From Planctomycetota bacterium (lineage in GTDB: Bacteria; Planctomycetota; UBA1135; UBA2386): a stretch of DNA of 64,000 nucleotides. Where the stretch lies: assembly GCA_965223545.1 (NCBI GenBank), contig OZ245006.1:864001-928000 (forward strand), written 5' to 3'. Positions within the stretch are counted from its first letter, which is position 1. Each line of letters starts with the position of its first letter. The translations under genes and the position numbers were made by a program. Below, piece after piece: positions 27,690-36,873 of the stretch. The notes under the pieces were generated by a model, which saw only the letters and a list, made by a program, of their open reading frames with translations, was not told where the DNA came from and did no database searches.

Positions 27690-27764
27690 TGGAGCTAGCG
27701 GTGGGATTTGAACCCACAACCTCCAGATTACAAATCAGGTGCTCTGCCGTTGAGCTACGCTAGC
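27690..27764 (-). tRNA. tRNA-Thr(TGT)
   Basis: Cloverleaf; anticodon arm CCTGA-TTTGTAA-TCTGG (one U-U pair); CCA end. Confidence 0.95.
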
Positions 27765-27794
27765 AGCGTGCCTCTCGGCGGGAGGAGGCGGAGG

Positions 27795-27822
27795 AAGATA
27801 GCTCGGCCCCCCACCACGTCAA
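27795..27822 (-). promoter_or_regulatory. Candidate sigma70 promoter of the tRNA-tuf operon
   Basis: TTGACG-16 nt-TATCTT about 30 nt upstream of tRNA-Thr(TGT). Confidence 0.6.
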
Positions 27823-27879
27823 GGCCAAAAGGGGCTGGCGACAAGGTTGCCACCCGCGAGCAGGGGCGGGTGGCAGGCC

Positions 27880-29034
27880 TCACCGGCCGATCTCGCGGCA
27901 GGCGGCCCGGTGCTCGTCCGCGCGCCGGCGACATTCGGCCATCGACTCGCCGCCGACCCGGGCCAGGGTCGCGTCGGCCAGCACGAGCGCGACCATCGCC
28001 TCGACGACCACCGACGCCGCCGACACCGCGCAGACGTCGGACCGCTCGTAGCCGGCCTCCGCGGGCGCACCGCTGGCGAGGTCCACCGATGGCAGCGGCT
28101 GGCGCAGCGTGGCGATCGGCTTCATCGCCGCGCGCAGCACGACCGGTTGGCCGTTGGTCATGCCGGCCTCGATGCCGCCGGCGTGGTTGGTCGGCCGGGC
28201 CATGGCGACGGCCTCGCCGGCGGGCTCGATCGGGTCCTGCACCGATGACCCGGGCCGGCGCCCGGCCTCGAAACCGAGGCCGAGCTCGAACCCTTTGAAC
28301 GCGGGGATCGACATCACCGCTGCCGCCAACCGCGCGTCGAGTCGCTCGTGCCACTGGTTGCAGCTGCCGAGGCCGGGCAGCACGCCAAAGGCGTGCGCCT
28401 CGCAGATTCCGCCGACCGTGTCACCGGCCGCCGCCGCCGCCCGCACGGCGTCCAGCATGGCCGCGTCGGCGGCTTCGGTGAGGGTGTACAGCCGGCTGCC
28501 ATCGCGCCGCGCACGCAGCGCCGTAAGGGCGTCCCGCTCGATGGCTGCCTCGCCCTCCAGGACCGCCGCGCCGACGCCGCGCACGAAGCCGAACACCTCG
28601 CCGTCCAGGGCCGCGAGCAGCTGGGCCGCGACCGCGCCCGCCGCCACCCGCGCCGCGGTCTCGCGGGCCGAGGCCCGCTCGAGTGTGCCGCGGATGTCGC
28701 GGTCCAGGTAGCGGTAGCAGCCGGCGAGATCGGCGTGTCCCGGCCGCGGGCGGCTCGGCTCCGGCAGCGAGTCGATCGTCGCATCGCGGTTGCGCACCAC
28801 GAGGGCGAGCGGCGAGCCCAGCGTGCGGCCCCGGCGCACGCCGGCGGTGATCTCGACGGCGTCGTCCTCGATCCGCTGGCGGCCGCCGCGACCGGCGCCG
28901 CCCTGGCGGCGGCGCAGGGTCGCGTCGATGGCGCCGACGTCGAGCGCGAGCCCGCGCGGAACACCGTCCAGCACGACGGTCCCCGCGACGCCGTGGGACT
29001 CGCCGGCGGTCCGCATCGACAGCCGGCTCAGCAA
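27880..29034 (-). CDS. aroC: Chorismate synthase
   Basis: TAGESHG, PRPGHAD, ERASARETAARVA, MKPIATL, ERSDVC; start approximate. Confidence 0.96.
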   Translation of the reverse strand: MLSRLSMRTAGESHGVAGTVVLDGVPRGLALDVGAIDATLRRRQGGAGRGGRQRIEDDAVEITAGVRRGRTLGSPLALVVRNRDATIDSLPEPSRPRPGHADLAGCYRYLDRDIRGTLERASARETAARVAAGAVAAQLLAALDGEVFGFVRGVGAAVLEGEAAIERDALTALRARRDGSRLYTLTEAADAAMLDAVRAAAAAGDTVGGICEAHAFGVLPGLGSCNQWHERLDARLAAAVMSIPAFKGFELGLGFEAGRRPGSSVQDPIEPAGEAVAMARPTNHAGGIEAGMTNGQPVVLRAAMKPIATLRQPLPSVDLASGAPAEAGYERSDVCAVSAASVVVEAMVALVLADATLARVGGESMAECRRRADEHRAACREIGR

Positions 29035-29077
29035 CGCGTGCACGGTGCCCCCGCACACTCGAGCACGGCCGCGCGAA

Positions 29078-29497
29078 TCACGCTTCGCCCTCCGCCGCTT
29101 CGCCGCTGGCCAACGCCCGGGCCACCGAAGCGAACTCGATCACGTCGAAGGGCTTGCGAAACACGCCGCGCACGGTCCGCATCGCCTGCAGCTGGCGCTC
29201 GACCACCGGGTCCAAGAAGCCGCTGATCACCAAGGCCGGCGGTGCCGCCGCCCGGTGCTCGAGGTCCTGCAGCACTTCGCGCCCGCCGAGGCCCGGCATG
29301 TCGAGATCGCACACCAGCAAGTCGACGCGTTCGCGATCGAGGGTTTCGAGTGCGGCCCGGCCATCGCCGACCGTCACGATCGACAACCCCTGGCGCGACA
29401 GCACCTCCGTCAGGAGGGCGCTGACGGCGACGTCGTTGTCCGCGACCAGGACCAGCGGCCGGGATGGCGACGCGCGGCGGCGGACGCGCTCGGTCAT
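29078..29497 (-). CDS. Single-domain response regulator (receiver)
   Basis: VLVADND, LLVCDLDMP (phospho-Asp), VISG, RKPF. Confidence 0.85.
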   Translation of the reverse strand: MTERVRRRASPSRPLVLVADNDVAVSALLTEVLSRQGLSIVTVGDGRAALETLDRERVDLLVCDLDMPGLGGREVLQDLEHRAAAPPALVISGFLDPVVERQLQAMRTVRGVFRKPFDVIEFASVARALASGEAAEGEA

Positions 29498-29566
29498 GCG
29501 CTCACGTTCGGACCACGACGCGAGCCGGTCAACCTCCTTGCCGCCACTATTCGCCGGTGCCGGTCA

Positions 29567-31660
29567 TCAGGACCGATCGTCGGCGCCGAGCGGCTGCAGC
29601 CAGGACAGGTCGTCGAACGGCAGCTCCATGCGCATCTTGCCCACTTCGACCGTGCACAGCTCGCGCGATCGGTCGACCTTCTTGACCACGCAGCGGCGCC
29701 CGAGCCGCGGGCAGTAGACCACCGAGTTCTTGCGCAACGCCCCGACGAAGCGCATGCGGCGGCGGTGGATCGAGGTGTCGGCCCACACCTTGCGCAGCTC
29801 TTCCTGCAGCGCGACGGCGCGCGGCCCGAACGGCTTCGGCGCGTTCTGCAGGTCCTTGGCGGCGGCCTCGATGGCGGTGCGGGCACGGCGCAGCTGCTCG
29901 TCGACCAAGGCGTCGGCCTCCTCGTGCAGCCACAGCTCCCGGCGGCGCAGCTCGGTCAGCTGCGCCGCGCTGGCGTCGCGGTTGGCCTCGGCATCGCGGG
30001 CCGCCCGCGCGGTGCGCTGCCGGTCCTGCTCGGCCAGGCGCCGCGTCTCCTGCACGCGCAGCACGGCCTCCTCGACGGTTACGTCGCGACGGCCGAGGGT
30101 CTGCCGGGCACGCTCCACCAGCGCCGCGGGCATACCGACCTGCGCGGCGATGTCGAGCGCGTGGCTGGCGCCGGGCACGCCGACCTCGAGCCGGTACAGC
30201 GGCCGCAGGGTCTTGCCATCGAACGCCATCGATCCGTTCTCGGCACCCCCGTGGCGATAGGCGAACTCCTTGAGGCGGCCCAAGTGCGTGGTGACCGCGG
30301 CGCGCACCCCCGCGGCCTCGAGGTGCTCGAGCACCGCGTGCCCCAAGGCACCCCCCTCTTCGGGGTCGGTGCCCGCGCCGAGCTCGTCGAGCAGCACCAG
30401 CGCGCGCGGCGTCGCCGCCGTCAGGCAGCGCGCGATGCGGGTGACGTGCGAGGAAAAGGTCGACAGGTTCTGGCTGATGCCCTGCGCGTCGCCGATGTCG
30501 GCGAACACGCCGTCGAACAGCGGCACGCGCGAGCCGGCCGCGGCCGGGATCGGCACGCCGGCCAGCGCCATCAGCGACAGCAGCCCCAGCGTCTTCAGCA
30601 CGACCGTCTTGCCGCCGGTGTTGGGGCCGGTGATCACCAGCAAGTGGTGCGGGTCACCGAGGGCGACGTCGAGCGGCACCACGGGTTCGCCGTCGCCGCG
30701 CTCGAGCAGCAGCGGGTGCCGCGCGGCGCGCAACCGCAAGACGCCGTCGGCGGCGATCGCCGGCACGCAAAAGCCGTCCTCGTGGATCAGGCGGGCGCAG
30801 GCGACGCGCAGGTCGAGGTCCGCCAGCGCCTCGACGGCGGCGTCGAGCTCCGCGCGGCACCGCCCCAAGCCGCGCGCCACGTAGGCGAGCACCACTTGGA
30901 TCTCGCGCGCCTCGGCGGCGCGCGCATCGGAGAGTCGGTTGGCGGCGTCGACCACCACCGACGGCTCGATGAACAAGGTGGCCCCCGATTGGCTGCGATC
31001 GTGCAGCACTCCGGCGATCTGGCCGCGGTGCTCGGCGCGCACCTGGAACACCGGGCGGCCGTGGCGCCAGGACGGCTCGGGGGTCTGCAGGCACCGCGGC
31101 ACACCGGGCTCGGCGAGGAAGCGCTGCACCGCCGCCCGCACGCCGGCCTCGGCGTCGGCGATCTCGCGCCGCACCTCGGCGAGCTTGACCGAGGCGGTCG
31201 ACAACACCTCGCCGCGCATATCGACGACCGCTTCCAGCTCGGAGACCAGGTCGGCGAGCAGCGGCATCGCCTCGCCGGCGCCGCGCAGCGCGCTGTCCTC
31301 GGGCCGGGCCAGGAGCCAGCTGCGGCAACGCTCCGCCGCCCGGCCCAGCCGCAGCAGCTCGGCGAGATCGCGCGCCTCGAGGTGGTGCTCGCCGGCGAAG
31401 AACGCGCGCAACCAGGTGCGCACCTCGGGCACGGTGCCGAGCTGCAGCGGCGTGCCGGCGGCGGCCGCCGCCGCCAGCTCCGCGGCGCGCGCCAGATCGC
31501 GGCGCGGCGTTTCGGCGTCGCGCGCCGGCACCAGCGCCGCCACCGCGGCGCGGCCGAGCGGCGTGCTCAGCCGCGCCGACAGCAGCCGCCGCACCGCTTC
31601 GAACTCGAGCGCTTCGAGGTCGAAGCGCTCGGCGGCGGCAGGGGTGGCAGTGGTCGGCAT
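29567..31660 (-). CDS. mutS2: MutS2-family ATPase lacking the C-terminal Smr domain
   Basis: LEALEF N-terminus, SQSGATLFIEP, ITGPNTGGKT, DIGDAQ..LSTFSSH, LLDELGAGTDPEEG; ends in a KOW-like domain. Confidence 0.88.
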   Translation of the reverse strand: MPTTATPAAAERFDLEALEFEAVRRLLSARLSTPLGRAAVAALVPARDAETPRRDLARAAELAAAAAAGTPLQLGTVPEVRTWLRAFFAGEHHLEARDLAELLRLGRAAERCRSWLLARPEDSALRGAGEAMPLLADLVSELEAVVDMRGEVLSTASVKLAEVRREIADAEAGVRAAVQRFLAEPGVPRCLQTPEPSWRHGRPVFQVRAEHRGQIAGVLHDRSQSGATLFIEPSVVVDAANRLSDARAAEAREIQVVLAYVARGLGRCRAELDAAVEALADLDLRVACARLIHEDGFCVPAIAADGVLRLRAARHPLLLERGDGEPVVPLDVALGDPHHLLVITGPNTGGKTVVLKTLGLLSLMALAGVPIPAAAGSRVPLFDGVFADIGDAQGISQNLSTFSSHVTRIARCLTAATPRALVLLDELGAGTDPEEGGALGHAVLEHLEAAGVRAAVTTHLGRLKEFAYRHGGAENGSMAFDGKTLRPLYRLEVGVPGASHALDIAAQVGMPAALVERARQTLGRRDVTVEEAVLRVQETRRLAEQDRQRTARAARDAEANRDASAAQLTELRRRELWLHEEADALVDEQLRRARTAIEAAAKDLQNAPKPFGPRAVALQEELRKVWADTSIHRRRMRFVGALRKNSVVYCPRLGRRCVVKKVDRSRELCTVEVGKMRMELPFDDLSWLQPLGADDRS

Positions 31661-31766
31661 GGCGCGGCAAATACGACACCGCCCGGCCGCGGCGCGCAAA
31701 CAGAACGCTGGTGGCACCCCGGCATCCGCTTACACTGCCGCGCGTTCAGCCAAAGCCACTTCACGC

Positions 31767-32924
31767 ATGACGACAGAGCACGCCTTCGGCACCCGCGCGA
31801 TCCACGCCGGCAACACGCCCGACCCCACCACCGGAGCGATCATGCCGCCGGTGTATCTGACCAGCACCTATGTCCAGGCCGAGCCCGCGGTGCTCAAGGG
31901 CTACGACTACTCGCGCACGTGCAATCCGACGCGGACCGCGCTGGAGCAGAACCTCGCCGCGCTGGAGGGCGCCGCGCACGGGTTGGCGTTCGCCAGCGGC
32001 ATGGGCGCGATCAACACCGTGCTCAACCTGCTGCGGAGCGGCGACCACGTGATCGCCGGCAACGACCTGTACGGCGGCACCTACCGTCTGTGCACGACGC
32101 TGTACGCGAAGCTCGGGCTGGAGTTCGACTTCGTCGATCTCTCGGACCTCGATGCCGTGCGCGCCGCGCTGCGGCCATCGACCAAGCTGGTGATGGCGGA
32201 GACGCCGTCCAACCCGCTGCTCAAGTTGTGCGACATCGCCGCGCTCGCCGAGCTGGCGCGCGCGCACGGCGCCCTGTCGATGTGCGACAACACGTTCGCG
32301 ACCCCCTACCTGCAATCACCGCTGGCGTTGGGCGTCGACATCGTCGCCCATTCGACCACGAAGTATCTCGGCGGCCACTCCGACGTGGTCGGAGGCGCGT
32401 TGTTGCTGAACGACGACGACCTGCGAGCGCAGCTGGCGCACTTTCAGAACACCGTCGGGACGACTCCAGGGCCGCTCGACTGTTTCTTGGTCTTGCGCGG
32501 AACGAAGACCCTGCACGTCCGCATGGACCGCCATTGCGACAACGCCGAGCGCGTCGCCCACGCCCTGGTCGAGCACCCTCGGGTCTCGGCAGTGCACTAC
32601 CCGGGACTGCCGCAGCACCCCCAGCACGAACTGTCCAAGCGACAGATGCGCCGCGCGGGCGGCATGGTGTCGTTCGAGGTCGACGCATCGGTCGAGGTCG
32701 CCAAGAAGGTCGCCTCGGCGTTCCGCGTGTTCGCGTTGGCCGAGAGCTTGGGTGGAGTCGAGAGCTTGGTCGATCATCCCGCGACCATGACGCACGCCGC
32801 GATCCCCCGCGAAGAACGCGTCGCCGCCGGTTTCCAGGACGGCCTCATCCGCTTGTCGGTCGGCATCGAAGATGCCGACGATCTGCTCGCCGACTTGGAT
32901 CGCGCGCTGGCAGTGGCGGGCTGA
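31767..32924 (+). CDS. Cystathionine gamma-lyase/synthase (PLP trans-sulfuration family)
   Basis: YSRTCNPT, FASGMGA, ETPSNP, DNTFATP, HSTTKYLGGHSD, LAESLGGVESL. Confidence 0.93.
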   Translation: MTTEHAFGTRAIHAGNTPDPTTGAIMPPVYLTSTYVQAEPAVLKGYDYSRTCNPTRTALEQNLAALEGAAHGLAFASGMGAINTVLNLLRSGDHVIAGNDLYGGTYRLCTTLYAKLGLEFDFVDLSDLDAVRAALRPSTKLVMAETPSNPLLKLCDIAALAELARAHGALSMCDNTFATPYLQSPLALGVDIVAHSTTKYLGGHSDVVGGALLLNDDDLRAQLAHFQNTVGTTPGPLDCFLVLRGTKTLHVRMDRHCDNAERVAHALVEHPRVSAVHYPGLPQHPQHELSKRQMRRAGGMVSFEVDASVEVAKKVASAFRVFALAESLGGVESLVDHPATMTHAAIPREERVAAGFQDGLIRLSVGIEDADDLLADLDRALAVAG

Positions 32925-32932
32925 CGGTCGGG

Positions 32933-33316
32933 TCAGCCCTCGACGTGGCCCGCGCTATCGCCCGGCGCCGCCTGCGGCCGAGCCCGCAGCGAAGGCTCGA
33001 CCGGCGCGGCATCGGTGGCCGGGCCATCCTCCTCGCCCGACACTCGTTTGCGCATCAGGCGCCCGACCTTGAACTTGACGATCCGCTTGGCGGGGACGCT
33101 CACCTTCTCCAGGGTCCGCGGATTCTGCGCGCGGCGCGCGGCGCGCTCCTTGGTCTCGAACACACCGAACTCGCGAAACTCCAAGCGGTTGCCAGCGGCG
33201 AGCTCGGAGATGATGGAGTCGAGGAAGGCCTGGATGATGTCCTTGGCCACCACCTTGGTGACGCCGGTCTCCTCGGCGATCCGGTTGACGAGTTCCTTCT
33301 TGGTGATCGTCCGCAT
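32933..33316 (-). CDS. HU/IHF-family DNA-binding protein with C-terminal tail
   Basis: TKKELV, LEFREFGVF, RRAQNPRT, VKFKVG. Confidence 0.93.
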   Translation of the reverse strand: MRTITKKELVNRIAEETGVTKVVAKDIIQAFLDSIISELAAGNRLEFREFGVFETKERAARRAQNPRTLEKVSVPAKRIVKFKVGRLMRKRVSGEEDGPATDAAPVEPSLRARPQAAPGDSAGHVEG

Positions 33317-33448
33317 CCGACTCCTCTGGTTCGGCCACCGCGGCCTGCTGAGCGGCCCAGCATCTTAGCAACTGCGCACAAAGAAGTAAGGGTCTGTCAT
33401 CTCTACCCTTGCGCGCGCCGCGGCGAGGTTCGATGCTCGCGCTCGAGC

Positions 33449-34123
33449 ATGCACGCGAGTCGGTTGGCCCCCGGGTTTCGCGAGGCCCTCGAGGGCGCCG
33501 GCCTGTGGTCCGTCGACGCCCTCGGGGCGCGCGCTCTCGGGGAGCCGGTCAAAGATCATCGATCGTCCTGGGTCCGCGCCGTAAACATCGACAGCATGGA
33601 CGTTTACGTCAAGACCTACGACTACCCCAGGCTCGCGGATCGGCTGCGGGGACTGGGCCGTACCACCTTTTGGTCGCCATCGCGTGCCACCCGCGAATGG
33701 GACGCGCTGGCCTGGTTGCGCTCCCGCGGATTCGCCGCACCGGAACCGCTGGCCGCGGTCGAGCTGCGTCGCCGTGGCCTGCTGCGGCGCGCAGTGCTGG
33801 TCACCGCCGCCCACCCGGGGCACGTGCTCGACCAGTGGTTGCCGCACCAACCTGCCGCGACCATCGACGCCGTGCTCGGCGCACTCGAAGCGCACGTCGA
33901 AGCGCTGCACGCGGCGGGCTTCCGCCACCGCAACCTCGACCTCCGCAACCTGCTGGCCGAGCGCCTCGACGACGCTTGGCGGATCGTCGTGCTGGACGCT
34001 CCCCGACACCGCTTGGTCGGGCTGGGGCCACCGACCGACGCGCTGGCCGCCGCCGACTGGCGGCGGCTCTCGCGCTCGATCGACGCCGCGCTGCCGCGCC
34101 GGACCGCGCGGCGCACCGGCTGA
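33449..34123 (+). CDS. Lipopolysaccharide kinase (Kdo/WaaP/InaA)-like protein
   Basis: VYVKTY, RATREW, FAAPEPLA, LHAAGFRHRNLDLRNLL, VVLD; real part of the 28790..34123 ORF. Confidence 0.75.
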   Translation: MHASRLAPGFREALEGAGLWSVDALGARALGEPVKDHRSSWVRAVNIDSMDVYVKTYDYPRLADRLRGLGRTTFWSPSRATREWDALAWLRSRGFAAPEPLAAVELRRRGLLRRAVLVTAAHPGHVLDQWLPHQPAATIDAVLGALEAHVEALHAAGFRHRNLDLRNLLAERLDDAWRIVVLDAPRHRLVGLGPPTDALAAADWRRLSRSIDAALPRRTARRTG

Positions 34124-34160
34124 CGCTGCGGCGGCCGACCCCGCGGCGCTCCGACCGCGA

Positions 34161-35267
34161 TCAGAAGTCGTCGAGCGTCGGCGCCGCCGCCGGCGCCTCG
34201 CCGAGCAGCGCCTCGATCTGCTTGAGCCGGTAGGGCACCCCGAAGTGATAGTCGCCCGCGTCGAACACGCCGTCGGTGCGCTGCATGCCGAGGTAGTAGC
34301 GATAGGCCGCCCGCGCCTTGCTCCAAGCCGCCTTCTTCGACGCCTCGTCGCTGCCGCCGATCCGGTCGTAGTGGTCGTAGTAGTAGTTGCCGAGGTTGAG
34401 CACCGCGCGCGACTGGGTCGGATCGAGCGACAGCACCTGGCGGTAGAACTGCGCAGCCTCCTCGGGACGGCTGCCGAGCCAGTGGATCGCCGCCATGTTC
34501 ATCAGCGCTTCGATGTCGGCGGGGTCGTCGTCGAGGTTGCGGCGCGCGATCTCGAACGCCTGGTCGGGCCGCCGCAGCTTGTAGATCAGCAGGGCGACGT
34601 AGTCGCGCTGCACTTCGCGGTCGGTCGGCCGGGCGCGGAGATAGTTGGCGTACTCGAGCTCGGCCTCTTCGTAGCGACCGAGCTCCTCCAGCACCTGGCC
34701 CAGCTCCAACCGCGCCTCGGCGAAGTCGGGCTCCGCCGACAGCGCGTTCTGCAGCGCGGTCAAGGCCGCCGCGGTCCGCTTGCCACCGCGGTGCAGCCGC
34801 GCCAGCGAGAGGTAGGCCCAGTAGAAGCTCGGGTCGCGCTGCAGCGCGCCCTGCAACAGCTGCTCGCGGGTGTACTCGTCCTCCGCGGACAGCCGCGCCC
34901 GCAGGTAGACCGGCACCGGCGACGTGCCGTCATCACCGGCCTCGGCATAGCGCGACACCGCCTCCTGCAACGCCGCACCGCCGACGCGCTCGGCGGCGTC
35001 CACGTAGGCGAGATGGGTGCGCACGTGCTCCGGACATGCATCCAGAACGGCCTCCAAGTGGGGCAACGCGCCGGCGTAGTCGCCCCGCGCGAGGAGCGCG
35101 CGCCCCTGACGCAGCGCTTCTACGCCGGCGGGCGACGCACAGCGCTCGTAGCGGTCGACGCTCTGCGCCGGCGGCGCCAGGCCCGGCGTCTCGCAGCTCG
35201 AAAGCCCGAGCCAGCCCAGCAGCGCCAGACCGACCGCGCGGCGCTCAGCGCTGGTGCAGCATGCCAT
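34161..35267 (-). CDS. TPR-repeat lipoprotein
   Basis: LGLSSC lipobox; multiple TPR repeats; start approximate. Confidence 0.8.
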   Translation of the reverse strand: MACCTSAERRAVGLALLGWLGLSSCETPGLAPPAQSVDRYERCASPAGVEALRQGRALLARGDYAGALPHLEAVLDACPEHVRTHLAYVDAAERVGGAALQEAVSRYAEAGDDGTSPVPVYLRARLSAEDEYTREQLLQGALQRDPSFYWAYLSLARLHRGGKRTAAALTALQNALSAEPDFAEARLELGQVLEELGRYEEAELEYANYLRARPTDREVQRDYVALLIYKLRRPDQAFEIARRNLDDDPADIEALMNMAAIHWLGSRPEEAAQFYRQVLSLDPTQSRAVLNLGNYYYDHYDRIGGSDEASKKAAWSKARAAYRYYLGMQRTDGVFDAGDYHFGVPYRLKQIEALLGEAPAAAPTLDDF

Positions 35268-35715
35268 CCGCGATCCGCACCTCTGAGTAGTCCTCGGTGG
35301 CTCCGCCGCGCGACAAGCCGACGGCGCCGCGCGCCAACGCCTCCAGGGCAAACGGCTTGCCACTGCCCCGAATCCGCAGGGACGCGGACTTCAACGCGGC
35401 GAACTGCACGCCCTCGATCTCGAACCGCAGCGGCAAGTGCACCCCGCCGGCGGTGACCCAGGTGAAGACGACGTCGCCGTCCTCCTCGGTGCGGGTGGCC
35501 TCACCGGCCGTGCCGCCGACCGGCCGCGTCAGCTTCTCGTTGAAGTTGCGTGACAGCTCGAAGTGCACCTCGTCGGCGACCACCGCCAGCGAGTCCTGAA
35601 ACGGTCGCAGCAGTCGCTCGCGCTCCGCGCGCACGGCCTCCGGCGCGACCGCCGGGGTTCCACAGGCGCCGAGCGCCAACAGCAGGGCAAGGTTTCGGCA
35701 AGTCCTCGGATTCAT
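35245..35715 (-). CDS. Hypothetical lipoprotein
   Basis: MNPRTCRNLALLLALGAC lipobox; GGAGG RBS upstream. Confidence 0.75.
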   Translation of the reverse strand: MNPRTCRNLALLLALGACGTPAVAPEAVRAERERLLRPFQDSLAVVADEVHFELSRNFNEKLTRPVGGTAGEATRTEEDGDVVFTWVTAGGVHLPLRFEIEGVQFAALKSASLRIRGSGKPFALEALARGAVGLSRGGATEDYSEVRIADGMLHQR

Positions 35716-35755
35716 CTTCACCTCCCGGTTCGCCACTTCGTCGGAACACTGCTGA

Positions 35756-36730
35756 TCATCCCTCGATGCCGATCCGCTCGCGGACCGCCTGCATCGTCGC
35801 CGCAGCCTCGGCGCGCGCGCGCGCGCCGCCGGCCGCGAGAATCTCGTCGACGCTCTCCGGTCGCTCGCGCAGCGGCGCGGCGCGCTCGCGAATCGGGCCG
35901 ATGACCGCCTCCATGCTCTCCGCGACGCGCTTCTTGCAGTCGACGCAGCCGATCGCCGCCGCGCGGCAGTCGCGATCGATCTCGGCGCAAGTGTCGGCAT
36001 CGCTGAAGAAGCCGTGGTAGCTGAAGACGTTGCACACCGCCGGGTCGCCGGGATCGGAGCGACGCAGCCGCTGCGGGTCGGTCTTGGCGCCGCGCAGCTT
36101 CTGCAGGACGACGTCCGGCGTGTCGAACAGCCCGATGTCGTTGTCGCGCGACTTCGACATCTTGGCCTCGCCATCGAGGCCCATCACCTTCGGCGCCGGT
36201 GACAACACCGCCTTCGGCTCCGGAAAGGTCTGGCCATAGACGGTGTTGAAGCGGCGGACGATCTCGCGCGCCAACTCCAGATGCTGCACCTGGTCTTGGC
36301 CCACCGGCACCCCCTCGGCCCGGTAGATCACGATGTCCGCGGTCTGCAGCACGGGGTAGGTGAACAGGCCGGCGTTGATGTTGTCGGTCTGCTGCTGTGA
36401 CTTGTCCTTGAACTGCGTCATCCGCGACAGATCGCCCATCTGCGTCACGCAGCTCAGCACCCAGGCCAGGTCGGCGTGGCCGGGCACGGCGGACTGCACG
36501 AACAGGGTGGCCCGCTCCGGATCGACGCCGGACGCCAACAGCGCCACCGCGATCTCCCGGACCGCAGCGCGCAGCGCCGCCGGCTCGGGCCGTTGGGTCA
36601 GCGCGTGCAGGTCGACGATCGAGTAGTACACCTCGTGGTCGCGCTGCAGCTCCACCCAGTTGGCGATCGCTCCCAGGTAGTTGCCGATGTGCACGCGCCC
36701 GGTCGGCTGGATGCCCGACATGATCCTCAT
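35756..36730 (-). CDS. trpS: Tryptophan--tRNA ligase
   Basis: SGIQPTG..HIGNY, MTQFKDK, YPVLQTADI, VPVGQDQ, KMSKS. Confidence 0.98.
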   Translation of the reverse strand: MRIMSGIQPTGRVHIGNYLGAIANWVELQRDHEVYYSIVDLHALTQRPEPAALRAAVREIAVALLASGVDPERATLFVQSAVPGHADLAWVLSCVTQMGDLSRMTQFKDKSQQQTDNINAGLFTYPVLQTADIVIYRAEGVPVGQDQVQHLELAREIVRRFNTVYGQTFPEPKAVLSPAPKVMGLDGEAKMSKSRDNDIGLFDTPDVVLQKLRGAKTDPQRLRRSDPGDPAVCNVFSYHGFFSDADTCAEIDRDCRAAAIGCVDCKKRVAESMEAVIGPIRERAAPLRERPESVDEILAAGGARARAEAAATMQAVRERIGIEG

Positions 36731-36873
36731 TGCAGCCGGCGAGCGTACTCGGCGCACGGCGAGAATCCCGCCGCGCTCGAAGGAAACCGGCAAATCCACC
36801 GACGCGCTGCGGGCGCCGGCGGCGTGAAACGGTGGCGCAATCGCCGGCCGGCGCGGATATCGTCGGCGCCGTC

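Noticed and set aside
28790..33448. N-terminal ~1550 aa of the 1777-aa ORF
   Set aside because: Overlaps aroC, the receiver gene, mutS2, the cystathionine lyase and HU; only the part from 33449 looks like a real kinase-like gene
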